Shown here in pieces: positions 25,868 through 39,802 of a DNA stretch of 64,000 nt (its first letter is position 1; the number at the start of each line of letters is the position of its first letter). Made by a program: the position numbers and the translations under genes. The notes below the pieces were generated by a model that worked only from the letters and a program-made list of their open reading frames with translations, was not told the DNA's origin and made no database searches. The DNA is from Octopus vulgaris (lineage: Eukaryota): assembly GCA_951406725.2 (NCBI GenBank), contig OX597824.1:47306001-47370000 (forward strand). The letters are read 5' to 3'.

Positions 25868-27899
25868 TAATCTTGTTTTGTTTATATTATTATTTTGTTT
25901 TAATTTTCAGAAAACCACTATCTTATGAATAAAGTTCAGTCAATGATTGTTTGATAATAAAAGCCCCCGAACAAAATGAGATTTATTTGCTTCTCATATT
26001 TTTTCACAATTTACCAAGCAAGTATGAAATATAATGTTAGTTTGATATCAAGCAAGAAGGCACTTCATTTGACTCCAGTACAATTGCATTACAAAGCTCT
26101 TCAAATCTGTTTTACAAGTTATAGTAGTGAAATGCCAGGTTCAGAAATTTCTTGCTTACAACAACCATCTCAGTGATGCTGATAAACAGGACTTGATAAC
26201 AAATTATTTGTTCTAGCTGTCAGGACATTGTATCTCTCAAAAGTTCCATGCCTTCCAAAATTCTCCATCCTACTCTTAACATCCTCGTTGGAAAATAGAA
26301 AAAGAGAGGGCAAAAAACATCAATATGTCAAGTTAAGAAAGACAACAAAGATAGCCAAAAGTACATGCATGGTAAACAGGATAAAACACAAGACAAAAGG
26401 GAACACTAAAAGAGCCATAAAGGGAAATCGTGTGCAAGCATGTTAAGAGTAGGATGGAAAATTTCAGGCGTTCTCTGTACATTAAGCTCATTATTATGAA
26501 CTTCTATATATCTTACTCGACGTGTAGAAAGCCACAAAACTACGATATTGATCTTGAGAAAGCAACTCGCAAGACGTATAGGCATAGAAATGTTTCAGTA
26601 GCAGACGAAAAGCGCCCGGTAACGACAGTCCTATGCTTTTTAGCGCAACACGTCTAAACGAGATGCTTTCTCAAGAATCATTGCTAATAAAGAATCATTA
26701 TTATTGTTCATAACTTCTATTGACGGCAAACTTAGCATCAAGCAGTTGACATCTTCGAACCCCAGAATTAACTGCCCAGTTGTTCGACCATGTATAAATG
26801 TTATTCGTGCTACGTCAACAACAAAGCTCCCATCTGGTCAGTTTACTAACAACAATGACCGGTGAAGTGATCTTTCTGATTTGATGAGATGAATGAAATC
26901 CGAAATTCTAGTCGTAACAAAAGGTACTCAAAAAGATTTAACGAAGATTTGCTGTGTAGTTTTCCTAAAACAGGGAGGATTGTAAATTTTTTTTATTAGG
27001 TAGACTTCTTCAACTGTTTATATATTATCATTCTGTTTTATTTCTATCATCGTTATGGTTTACTTTCAGATAATCATTGTTTTAATGAATAATTCATGGT
27101 TGATGATTGTCTAGTGATAAAAGTCGAATAAGATTTATTTGTTTTCACAACAATGATAAGTACGTTTGATTTTATGATCCAAAAAGACCAGTTTATTAAA
27201 TTCCCTTCTATATGGTGACTACAAGTGATTCGGGTATGTTAATAGTTATCTCCCTTACACTTGGCAGCTACATCATAGATGAACCATTTAATAATTGAAA
27301 CGCATACATAGCAGTTAAATAAATGCAATTTAAATTTAAGTATATTTCATGAGACTTCGAAATTTTGTCACTCAACTGTGATCTTGTCCCTGACGGCTAA
27401 TGTGATAAAATGAATTTTAATAGCTTTGTGTGTTGTTAAATGATTCTTTCACGATGTAATTGCTTCAGTTTCAATACATGTTCTCAGATCAATTCACTTG
27501 CTGGGCATATACAACTTTGAAACACCTTAGGCTTAGACTTATTAATTCTTGGTAGATAATCGTTAGAATGTCTGCATTTTTTTTTATTGCACATGTTTTG
27601 AAAGGGCCGTGAGGTGCAAAGAAAACATGGAATAAATTATCCTCTTTGTTTAATACTAGGACATGTTTCCTAAAATTTGCCAACACTACTTTTCATCTAT
27701 GCACCATTTTCTCTCTATATGGCTATTTTACTATTAATTTTTCTATCTTCTTGTATTTTATCCATGTACTTTTGGCTATCTTCACTGTCTTTGTTAATAC
27801 TTTCTGCCTTCTTTTTTACCTTTTTCCAACAAGTTTTAGTGAACCATAAGCATGTCAGGAGTAATGTTGGCAAATCTCAAGATGCATGAAATTTTTGAA

Positions 27900-29350
27900 G
27901 AGTGTTCTGACACCTAACAACTAGGGTGAATGTTTATTCCATAATTCAAGAATTCTGAGTGAAAATATGTTTCCAGAGGTCATGGGTACTGTGTTGCATT
28001 TTGTTGTTGTTTTAAAGCATGCCCACAAGAGGTAGAGGTATTGAATTCAAAAAGGTGGTCACATCTGTTGTTAGAAAGATAGTGGATAACCTTGTGGGCT
28101 TCTAACAAGTAAGCTGCTGGACATTGGAATTTTAGTGTTTAAATGTCCAGAGAAGCAATACATTCAATATGGTAAGTGACTGGCAGAGGATTTTTATCTG
28201 ATTGTATGTCTCTGTACATCCCCCAGCAGATCAGTATTATGAACAACATGGGGGTTGGTTCCAAACTGGAAATGCAAACTCTAGGTGTAGATATACTATA
28301 GCCATATATAGTTTTAAATAAATAACTGATGTCCAGATGACAAAAATCTTACTAAGACACCTTCAGCCTTTTTGATGATTTTAAAATGTGGTTCATCCAA
28401 TGCAGACCATTGTTGTCAATAATACCTAGGATGCATCTACCTGCAGACTTCTTAAATTTGGTGTTGTAGAGGGAGTTGGTAAATTCTAGATTTTACCTCC
28501 CAAAATACATAGTTATACACTTGTCTACAGCCAACTCAAGTTGCTAATCAACAATCTATTGCTACATTGTGTCCAGGTCAGATTGCAGGAAAGATCCATT
28601 CTTTTTATCTCTAGGTACAGCTTAACACTGTCTGTATAACACACTTCATTAGTTGGCATCTATGCATCAAATAACAGAGAATGGGGACTAAGAACAGTTC
28701 CCTGGTGGCAGCAGATGTCATCGCATAAAGTGTAAAATTTTGTCCTAATACTGTGACTACCTCTTTTCAACCAAGATTTAAGGCCTTCAGTCAGTTATAA
28801 AGATTAGCCTTCACACTCATTGCAGGGTACTTTACCATATGCTGTTTGTGTAGCACAGAATTAAAGGCTTTGATGAAGTCATGATAGATAACATCCACCC
28901 ATGCCTGAGATTTGGGTGATGTCTTCAAGAAAATTGATGGGTTAGTTGCAGTAGCTGGAGTTTGGTACAAATCCAAATTGCAAGAGTCAACTAAGATTAT
29001 AAGAGTTCCCGGAGTTTTTAAGCATCTCTCTGATACATGACTCTTTCAGTTTGTGAGATTGACTGGATCTTAATTGACAGGTTATGTACAGTGACCTTTT
29101 TGAACAGGGAAATAACACAGGCAATTTTCCACTGTTCTGGGATAATGCAGTTAAGGCAGAATTGGAAAAGTAGTCAAAGCTGGTACAATAGAAAGAGACT
29201 TCCATATCTGAGAAGGAGATAAGTAACACCACCAAGACCAGGGGAGGCATAATTGCCCATACACTTGAAGTGTCATTGCAGCATTACAGGTCAGTAGCAG
29301 TGAAGATGGTACATTGGCATTTTTTTCAACAGTAAAAATGCCAGTATAGC
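27900..29350 (-). mobile_element. Degenerate CR1/L2-like LINE remnant
   Basis: Minus-strand RT motifs VDVIYHDFIKAFNSVLHK, a decayed QGTVLSP and YTDSVKL (YADD-like). Confidence 0.7.
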
Positions 29351-30122
29351 ATCCAGCATTGAGTTTTGCACACTCTTTGGGAGATCAGTAATCTGACCTG
29401 TGCGAGGGATTGTGAAGAAGGCCAACAGAAGAGTGGCATATATGGTTACATTTATGTGATCAAAAATTGTTCATTACTCTTAAAGAAATGTTATCTTAAA
29501 TATGTTTTATTTTATTGTGGAGGTAGTTCAAATTGGTTGGCCAGATTGTAAAGAAGTTTGTTTCACAAACACAAGGTCCTGGGTACAATCCCATGGTGTG
29601 GCATCTTAGGCAAATGTCCTTTTCTATAGCCTCAGGTTGACCTATACCTTGTGAGAGAAACTGCATAGAAGTCCGTCAGTGAATTGTACCTGTAATTCAA
29701 AAGATACAGCTTTGCCATACACACCATGTCATGCTGATTCTGCCTGAGAATTACAGAGTAAACATATCTATGAAGTGATTGACCACTTACATATTAATTC
29801 AGGAGCAGGTATTTCAGTTGATTGAACAACTGAATCCTCACTGTTGAAGGACAGAGATCCACCACCAACCAACTAACCAGTTAAGCTGATGTAGTTATCA
29901 TAACTATTGTAGCTTGAATTTCCATTATGCTGGCATCAACATTGGCAGTGTTATTGTCATCAGGGTCATAATAGTGGCTATTTGCATTATTGTTAATGCT
30001 GCTTCTGCTATTACCATTCAAAAAATTATTTTGATAGTTCTCATCTTAGTCCCTTGGTTCAGTCAAAAGTTCTTGTTTTGTTTATTGGTTTCAAAGTCAC
30101 AGTTCCAAAGATTTATGTATTC

Positions 30123-30503
30123 TAGCTTACAAACTCTGGGAAAAATACTACAAAACAGAGACAAAGACAGAAGATTGGTCAATGCTAGGATATATGAAAC
30201 TATGGATCTAAGATCACAAAGTCAAAAAACAGACAATCAAAAAGATCCATTGCAAAGACAACTACAACTTATCCAATAAGGTTGGGCTGCTTCAAATAGA
30301 ATAAGAAAACTATGGAAACAGTTCAAAACATGACAATTAGCCCATCCTTACTGAGTTGTTAGTGACTGCCTTTGCAATTGTTCTTTGATTGCCTGTTTCT
30401 TGACTTAATGATCTTTGAGTTGTAGTTTCATGTACTCTAGCATTAGTCAATCTTCTACTTTTGTCTTTGCTTTGTAATATTTAATTCCAGAGTTTGTAAG
30501 CTA
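30123..30503. repeat. Degenerate inverted repeat with ~150-bp arms
   Basis: tagcttacaaactctgg (30123-) pairs with ccagagtttgtaagcta (-30503). Internal pairs include gaagattggtcaatgctag / ctagcattagtcaatcttc. Confidence 0.7.
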
Positions 30504-30519
30504 TGGTTGATGCCATTTA

Positions 30520-31330
30520 CATTTGTCATATGATGTCACTTTCAAAAGATGGATGATAAATGTTCAAAATATGATCAAGAAATATGCTTAAGAAAAAAAA
30601 ATTCTTGCAACTCAAAGATAAATCCTATGTTCAATTTCTGTTTTGGTAACAGACAGCTGGTTCCATTATATATTCCAGATTCATGTCCAGAACTTCAAGA
30701 ACTTTTAACTTTAACTAATCTCAAGAGTTGAGACTGCCAAGCTTACATTAAGGTTATAACTAAGCATTAGCTTTTACACCTTCAGAGGTAACTGGTATTC
30801 AAGAAGAAAATTAAAATAGAAACTGTGGATAAGTCTTTCATCAATAGCCTTCAGATATATTAAGAGTGTCAAGAACTAGGATATGCTCAAATTAATATTT
30901 CTGATACATTATCTAGACCGGAGGATACATCAACTAAACCGGAGGACGCAAATACTCAACACATTTGGCAGAGATATTAAGACATCACTTCTGGAGATAA
31001 TATCAAGAAATAACAAGTTTGCTGCTTGGTTTCATGATAATAGCAAATATATCTGGATACTATTAATATGTAAGATTTTTTTCATTTTTTTTTTCTGAAA
31101 AATAGTAGTGTCTCTAAGCTTAGTAGCTGAAGATACAATTGGGCAATTGCAGATGTTGTATTTTAGACACTAACTTAGAAACACTTCATCCAGAACAACT
31201 TTTATGGTTACATAAAAGGGGTGTCATAGGAGAGGTTTAATTTCAAACATTTTAGTCTCTTCATCCAAACAATGACTCAATGCAATTTCTATTGTTATTC
31301 CCATTCTGTGATCAGGAGTGAAAAGCTGGC
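30520..31330 (+). pseudogene. Helitron Rep/helicase N-terminal remnant
   Basis: Frameshifted FCFGNRQLVPL..PELQELL, GYN*ALAFT, YAQINISD and LLEIISRNNKFA resemble the CC-G-V-LP, YN-LAFTS, AQLYIYD and NPF motifs of Helitron RepHel proteins. Confidence 0.55.
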
Positions 31331-33270
31331 TTAACATGCAATGTTGCAAGGAGGTCTAAAGAGATAACATTCATAGATTACTACAAATATAGGCTAATAA
31401 TTCATGATAATGATTTCAATAACCTTCATTACTCATATCATTCAACATGAGACAATTACTGCGATGTATATTCTAAAACTGGAGAAACCAGATTAAACTG
31501 GATCAGATAAATCAAAAATTTCTCACAGCTGACTCGTATCAAATTATTTATGGTCATATTGACACCAAAACAATAAATATTGGTTTCAAATTTTGCCACA
31601 AGGCCAGCAATTTTGGGGGATGGTGCTAATTGATTACATCGACCCAATGTTCAACTGGTTCTCATTTTATTGAGCCTAAAAGGCTAAGTTGAACTTAACA
31701 GAATTTGAACTTGGAACATAAAGACTAAGCATTTTGCCAGGCATGCTAACAATTCTGCCAGCTTACCACCTTCAAATCAATTAATATTAAAAGAATAATC
31801 ATAGCACCAGCCTTCCTAGGATATGTATGACACATGCAAGCTCTATGGCAGTTGTACAAAAGTTTGAAAAACAGTATTTTCTCACCCCTTTCACATATAG
31901 AATTGTATACATATAGTCAGAATCGAAAAACATTTTGGTTGAAGTGTGTATCCTAGGCAAACAGCTGCCGAAAGACCAGAATATACAAAAAGGTTTCTAT
32001 AGGAAACTTAAAAAGGTGCTACTTTGGCATGTAATCTACAACCTAAAGGGCAATTACTTTAAGTTACTTTTTAGTTTACTGTTCAATTTCTAAAAACACT
32101 TGACATTTTAACATTAACTTCTACAGTAAATTCTTTTGTACATACTTAGCATTGTAAATGTATTTTTTCAAAATTCTTACTATTTTAATAATAATAAACC
32201 CATGTTTCATTTATGTCTTAGTAAATAATAAGAAACCAAAAATAAACAATATAATAATTAGAATAAGAGTGTAGATCACACAAGTTTGGCAGCTATGAGT
32301 TTTCAGCATAAAAAAAACTAAAAACGAATCTAGAGTACTCGCCCTTGAAGTTGTTGATCACACGCCAAAGTAACACCTTAAAAATTTATAAGGTGGTGTA
32401 TTAGAAAAGGCATTCTGGGAGAAATTGTTGAACATGTGAACTATAGAGTTTCAAATACATGAGTCACCCCATTGCTATTGCTAGTTATTTCAAAAAGGAC
32501 AGCATTAGAGCCAAAAGAATGCAATAGATTCATATTAGCAGAACTATCAAATCCAGAAATACAGCCAAGATTTTCCAACTATAACAAGAAATATCCCACA
32601 GTCTGTGGATGAGTGATGAGTGTGTGGCTGTTGAAAATGTTGTTGATTGCAGGCTTCCATAGTTTCCATGGTTTTTGCACAAAACAGATACTTGTTGGTT
32701 CTAATTCCAAATGTAGGTCTCTTTTGTGCTTCCTGTGACAGACAATTGCTTTCTTGTGTTACTGGACAGTTCCAGTATTCTGCTATTGAACATTTTGTTA
32801 AATTTTGTGCATGCCAATTTATGTCTTGCAATTATTTTTCTATTTGACTTGTCACATTTTTGTACCATATCTTGTTGGTTGCGATCAGTTACCATCTTTG
32901 CTCTTTCTTGTGCTTGCTCCAATTATTCTGTTTTCGCACTTCCGCACTCAGGGGGAGCCCTTGTAGCAGCACAAGCAGTCAGCGCCATATTACATGAGAT
33001 CTCGCAGCAGCCATTGCCATCTCTGAGACAGGAGCGAGACCTCACCTGCATCCATTTGCCATGCACGAGATCACAACGAGGCTCGCGATGGCAAACTGTA
33101 TATAAGGGAAAAACAGATTGAGATTCTTTCTCTTTTGCCATCTCTCTTTTGCTGCCTCTCTTTCTGCCTCTTAGCAGCAGTGCTGGCTGAGCACATTATG
33201 ATACAAGAAAATATACCCAAACATACACACAGATACTCACAATGAAAAATTCCATAAATGTATTGTGATG

Positions 33271-33356
<86 letters not shown>

Positions 33357-34177
33357 CATATGCATATATATTGTATGTGTCATGATTAGAGTTTTTAAAA
33401 TTGTAGTGGGGTGAAAATATTTATAATTGGAATTATAATTCTAGTGAGAAACATGTCATTTGCCTTTATAAATTTTATTCCTGAAGTAAGAGAAAAAACA
33501 CCAAAAATCTAATCAACCAAAAATTAAATGTAAACATTTAAAGAGGGTAGAGGAAGTCTGATATTTAGCAGCCATGATGACAATTCCAAGAATGTTCCAA
33601 TCTCATCGGACTTCAGTAGTAAAATATTGACTATTCAACAACTGCCAAGATCTGAGAACAACAAACAGGAATATTTTGTGTGTTTGTGTGTAGGTACGAA
33701 GAATATTTACTCATTAGACAAATTAAAATATGACATTGGTAATTTGTCCAAGGGTGCTTACTACATGAAGAACATTATTAAGTATTGGCTACAGTACATG
33801 GTGAACTGAAAATAAATTTTATTTTATTGAAATTATAATCCTAATGGAAAAAAGTTAGTGAATATTTATTTTCAGAAGTGGCAGGGGAAAGAACTCTCTT
33901 GGATTTTCCTAAAAATTTCAATAAACTAAAAATTAAATGAAGATCTGCAATGTGGAGCAAAGGATTCTAATCTTTGGCAACTTTAGTAACACCTCTAAAG
34001 ATTAAGCTCTTTGAGTTATCTGGTTTTCACCTATATGAAATTGCTTCCGTAGAATTTACTTCCTCTTTGTGCTTCCGTATGTTCCAAGATGTCAAGCGCA
34101 GTTGACAAATATTGGAATCTGTCAGTAGAATAGTTTTATGTATCGAAGTGACATCGCGAATAATTTTTATATGCAAA

Positions 34178-34213
34178 ATGCCGTACGTACTCGTTAGTAC
34201 CCAGATCAGACTG
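34178..34213 (+). CDS. GCHFR: GCHFR (GTP cyclohydrolase I feedback regulatory protein) coding exon 1
   Basis: aaaATG CCG TAC GTA CTC GTT AGT ACC CAG ATC AGA CTG|GTGAGT = MPYVLVSTQIRL, versus human MPYLLISTQIRM. 36 nt, phase-0 donor. Confidence 0.95.
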
Positions 34214-34382
34214 GTGAGTTGGACAGATCTCTTTTATAAATTATTAAAAGGCATTAGGAATTATTGCTATCAGTTCAGTTATTTATTTATGTGCAAGACT
34301 AGCAACAACTGAAAATTGAAGCAAAATGGGTTTTTTTCTAAAAACAAAAACAAAAAAAAAAAAATGAATCTATGAATAGCAA

Positions 34383-34499
34383 TGTTTACATCTGTCATTA
34401 TAATTGTTTACGCTAGAGATGTTTAATTGTTAAACCTTAAGGCATCGCCTGTGTAACATGTCGCGCTTATTGCAATCAAGTTCTCTTGACCTTTGACCC
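34383..34499. promoter_or_regulatory. Intronic motif cluster: two forkhead sites plus a DR1 nuclear-receptor element
   Basis: TGTTTAC at 34383-34389 and 34405-34411, TTGCAAT at 34470-34476, and TGACCT-T-TGACCC at 34487-34499 (reverse complement GGGTCA-A-AGGTCA). All lie in CpG-retaining DNA 170-290 bp into intron 1. Confidence 0.45.
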
Positions 34500-34854
34500 A
34501 AGTATCAAAATCTAATTAATGAATGATTTCAAACGATTTGTCTTTAAAAGAGACGTGGTGATGATTGCGAGGAGAACAGATAAATATTCATGTAAATTTG
34601 TTCTACATTTAAAATATATTTCAGCTTGTAAAAATCGATTAATCTTAGACATTTCTAATTATAGTCTTTTTAATTCTAATTTAATTTCATTTCATTGGGT
34701 TAATGTTTCACCTATATGGGACATTAATATTCCACAAGAAAACTTTATCATATATACGTACGTTCGTATGTACTTGCGTATTACGTAAATACGTACGTAC
34801 GTACGTCTGACTGTATGTTTGTGTGTATGCATGCATGTATGTAAATTTGTCCTG

Positions 34855-35323
<469 letters not shown>

Positions 35324-36244
35324 ATTCAAATGATTTTCATTCATCGTGAAGATATAATTTTAAAGAACCAAAGAAGGAATCATGCAATTTATGTAACTAA
35401 AATAGTATAACTCTTTAAATGAATGCCAAGTTTTCGATTATTCCTTTTTTTTTTCTTTTTATGCCATCCCCCCACTATCACCACTCGTCCAGTGCTAACG
35501 AAAACATCGTTTGAGTATATACCTTTTACAATCAATCTTTTCACCAAGAAATTTGGTGTGCAATAAATATATAATCACCATGTGTCTTCTGTGAATAAAT
35601 ATATATCACTCAAGATGAAAGCAAGAATGCACAATATATAAACACACACACACTATATATATATATATCTTTTATACATACGCACGTTCGCTCACAAACA
35701 CACACACACACATACGCAATGTGTGTAATGTCTTTGGTCTCGTTAGAAATAGAGTAATTTCTAAATATACAACAAACATGCATAAAATACGCCACTTAAA
35801 CATTTCGCTGCTTGACGACTGTATCGATTTTATTTTTCCAATTGTCCCGTAAATCCGATGTGATCGCTACATTCTGTTTCATGTTCTGTTGTAAAGCAAA
35901 TACAATGGCTCTGGAATTTCGAGCTCAGTATACACACACACACACCAATTATTATTATTATTTATCAGCAGAAGTTACAGAGTGACTCAAAGGTCGAGAG
36001 TTTCGTGTGTTATTAAACCCTGAGTGGGTGATTTAATAAGATTTATAATTATTTGTTATTTATAATAACAATTTTTGAACAGGAAATTGTGTAAGCCTGG
36101 TAGTTAATTTGCCAAAACTTGTGTGTTTTATAAAGCATAAAATACTAAATGTTTTCTGCATTTTATTAATTGTTTGTTTGTTTGTGTGTGTGTGCGCGCG
36201 CGTTTGTGCAGTTTTTCCATACATCATCATGTGATACATCTGAA

Positions 36245-37590
36245 TACACATCATCAGTGCTGTGTCCTGGGATCACTAGATGTTTCTGGTCTTTCAACAT
36301 CATATACCTTCACCCAGGTGACTCAGTTGGGGTTGATCTAGTCACAGCTTGTGTTTAGTTTGTTCTGTCCCTTCCAAGGTTCACATCTCCTTCTAAGGCT
36401 CACACCTCAAGGCAACTCTATTGCCTGCATAGCCAACTTTCTGTGTTTATGCCCCTGTGTTCAGGCTCCTTGTAAGCTTTATAGAGAATGCAAACCCTCA
36501 GCATCCCACCTCAGTGGGATCACACCTTGCTTGGTGCTATTGTTGTGATATAACTCCACTAGTTCAGCTTCTTTTCTCCTCTTACTCTTGTTTGGCCTCC
36601 TCAGTGCAGTCCTTCCAGGCAATAGAGAATTCTAACAGAATCATCTGCGTGGATGCTTCTAAGATCAGCACTATGTCCAGCCTTAGTGATGCTGAAGTGA
36701 CAGCTTCTGAGAACATCAGTTGCTTCCCCAGGTCAATTTATAGCTCCCAGTCTTTTGCTGTTGCATGTAAGCCTGAGTAGGCAAACCTAGATGACTGGCA
36801 TCTTCTTCCTGCAAGCTCTGATAGGTAATAAATTTCTTCATTGGGCAGAGGTACTTGCACTGATTAATTGCACTTCAAATGGTGTCTGCTATAACCTTCA
36901 AAATCTAGTCATACTTCCAGTAGTAGCATCACTCTCCCAGGGCTTTTGGGCAGCTACTAAGGAAGAGCTCCAGGGTTTCTCTCCTTAGGCTTAAGAGACT
37001 AACTGGTGACTAAAACTTTCTCCAGGAGAACAAGTTGGATGGGCTTGATAGAACATCATAAACTGCCTGAATTAGGAATTTTATGCAGCCAAGGCTTGCA
37101 TCACATTCTGGATTAGCCTCCTGTCCATTCTTTAGATATTGTCATAGTGAGGTGTTGTAGTGCTATCCAAGATTGCCATTCCTCAATGTACAATGCCCAT
37201 GAGTGCTCTATGTCTGCAGCCTTAACAGCCTCCACTGCTCTCTACTTCTGTCCTGCTCTGACCTCAATAACAACTAGAAAACTTCAGGATCACAGGAGTT
37301 TTGGTGTTTTAACACCTCTGCATAGGTCCCCACAAATTCTTGTCTCAGGCTGCCGATAGGAAGCCTTCTTCAGCACAAGATATCTTCAATTGAGAGGCTT
37401 GAAACTCATGTGAACCGAAGTCATCAACTCCTCAAGGCTCTTCAGGATCCTCCTGATCCTCATGACTAATGTTGTTGTCACAGTTAGTTCATCCATAAAG
37501 GCCCTAATAGGAGGCTGCTGAACACCAGACATGATGAGCAACCCTTGACACTGCACTTCTGCTGACCTTACCAGCTTGCTCATTGCAAGT
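36245..37590 (-). mobile_element. Hero/NeSL-like (restriction-endonuclease type) non-LTR retrotransposon remnant
   Basis: SGVQQPPIRAFMDELTVTTT...ILKSLEELM..MSFKP is the RAFMDD RT motif typical of Hero-like elements. The 3' end is gaaagaccagaaacatc...cactgatgatgtg, and the remnant is flanked by (TG)n tracts. Confidence 0.7.
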
Positions 37591-38179
37591 ATGAAAACAT
37601 TCATCTCCTATACCACTCATGTATGTGTTGTGTGTTGTGTTGTGTGTGTGTGTGTGTGTGCATACATGTGTGTATTCATGCATGCACATATGTTTATACA
37701 TATGTATGCATATGTGTTTATTTTTAATTCAGAGTTAATTTTGACTGGTAACCTGCTTGGTTGTAAGGTTAGAAAGGAAAGCATCTTGTTTTGTTCATTA
37801 ACTTTTAAATATTTTAAGGCTTTGTAGATTTTCATCATCACCGATATCATGATCATTTGTTGTTGTATGAATTAAGGAGTTACATTCTTACTCCTCAAAA
37901 CCCAAGTTCAGCCATACTTTGCTCCAGGCAGGTTGGTACATAACCTGTTGCTCCAGTAATAATAAGTATATTGCTGAAAGTTTGTCTTGGGTACTGGATT
38001 TGCCAACTCCTAATCAGTTGTCCATAGATGTTATCTTTCTACTGTATATGTTTGTGACTATATTGGTGTGCAGAGGGCAACTCATTTCCATGACAGCATA
38101 TTTTCTTCTTGTGGTTCCATTCAACAATATCTGGCCAGTTGTGTTCAACTTGGTGGCTGTTTTAATTCTTTAAGTTGTC

Positions 38180-39240
38180 AGTGGTGATACAGAAACTGTT
38201 ACTAATTATCCTGAGCAGATGAAAAAAATGAAAAAAAAAATGATTGCCAAAGTGTGTTACACACTAGAGCACGTATACTGTGTTGATGAAATTACACTTC
38301 TCTTGAAGCCAGTATTTACTAGAGCATTTATTTCTCGCGAAATAATATCAACACCAAGACTTACAGATTTCAAAAATAGTTTGATGCTTCTTCTTGGTGG
38401 AAATGTTGCTGGTTATATAAAATTAAAGCTTCTACTCATGTATCACTCTGAAAATCCAAGAGCTTTCAAGAGTTATGCAGTTTAATTTATCTTTGACATG
38501 ACTTACTCAGAGCCACAAGAGTGGTTTACAAAAATCTTTTCATCTTGCTGTAGAAAGGTACAGTGCCAAAACAGAATATTTCCAACAAAGGACTGTTTCT
38601 TTTAGGCAATGCACCAAACCAACCAGTGAACTTTAATGAGCTTTCTGATAATGTGAGAGTAGAATATACCCGCAAGAATATAACTTCTTTGCTCCAGTCA
38701 ATGAACAGAGGTGTTATGGTTAACTTGAAGACATTATCTGAGACTTTTCAAACAACTTATGAAAGCAATTGGCAGAGGGGAGAAATCTACAGTTAGAGAC
38801 TTCTGAAATTTAAGTGGATGTTATGGATAGTTGATTTGGGTGGCAGTTGGAAGTGAAACCTTCAACTTTTGATGGTGTTTGAAAATATATATGGCCAGAC
38901 CGTATTTGTTACTTATAAGTTTTCCATAAGCAGAAAGTCTAAATCAAATTCAGAATGACTTTGTAACACTTGCAAATGACGAAAGATTTGTAGAAATCAT
39001 AGAGGATGATGTGATTGAGTTACTAGTGCACCATACAGAAAGTTTATATAACAAGGAGTTAATTCTGTTAGACCAAGAGCAAGCTGAGAATATTGATGAG
39101 AATAGGGAAGTTCTACGAACTCCTCTTAAATTGACTGCAAGGAATATTGCTAAAGGATTGACACATACAAGGGAAGGCTTGCAAGTTTTTGCAGATATCA
39201 ACTGTAATTGTGAATATAACATAAACATTACATGAGGAGC
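38180..39240 (+). mobile_element. Tigger/pogo transposase remnant (TIGD1/Tigger1-like)
   Basis: VYCVDE..., LLLGGNVAG..KLKLLLMYHSENPRAFK, LLGNAPNQ (decayed DNAP), TSLLQSMNRGV and C-terminal ELLVHHTESLYNKEL. Many frameshifts. Confidence 0.8.
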
Positions 39241-39603
39241 TGTACAAAGAAATGATGCACCATAAAGATCAAATGATTTTTAATAAGGTCTTCACCTCTC
39301 AAACAGATGTTGATGGTGATGAACTATAAAATAGAAAATAGTGTCCCACGTCCTCCTAGCAACTCTCATTCCACCATAATCTTTCACTCAGTAATCAACA
39401 GCATTCTTATTTATTCCTTATGTATTCCTCTACAAACGTTTTTATGTATACGTATTTTACTGTCTAGGTTCAGAAATGTTATTAATTACATGAGAGTGGT
39501 TATGTTATTTGATTTGTTGTCAAATATAAGTCCATGAGAAGGTGTTCCAATTTTATGTGAGAATCAAGGCACAAGGGATTCCTGCATGAGTATGTGTGTA
39601 TGC

Positions 39604-39635
<32 letters not shown>

Positions 39636-39694
39636 CACACATGTATGCATGTATGTACACACATGTATGCATGCATGCATGCATGTATGTACAC

Positions 39695-39757
<63 letters not shown>

Positions 39758-39802
39758 CATATATACATACACACACGCACACACACACACACACACATAT
39801 AT

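Noticed and set aside
36240-36300. GAAAC...CTGATGA order (type II hammerhead-like) at the Hero-like 3' end, minus strand
   Set aside because: Stems do not pair convincingly in this copy. A family consensus would be needed to evaluate it.
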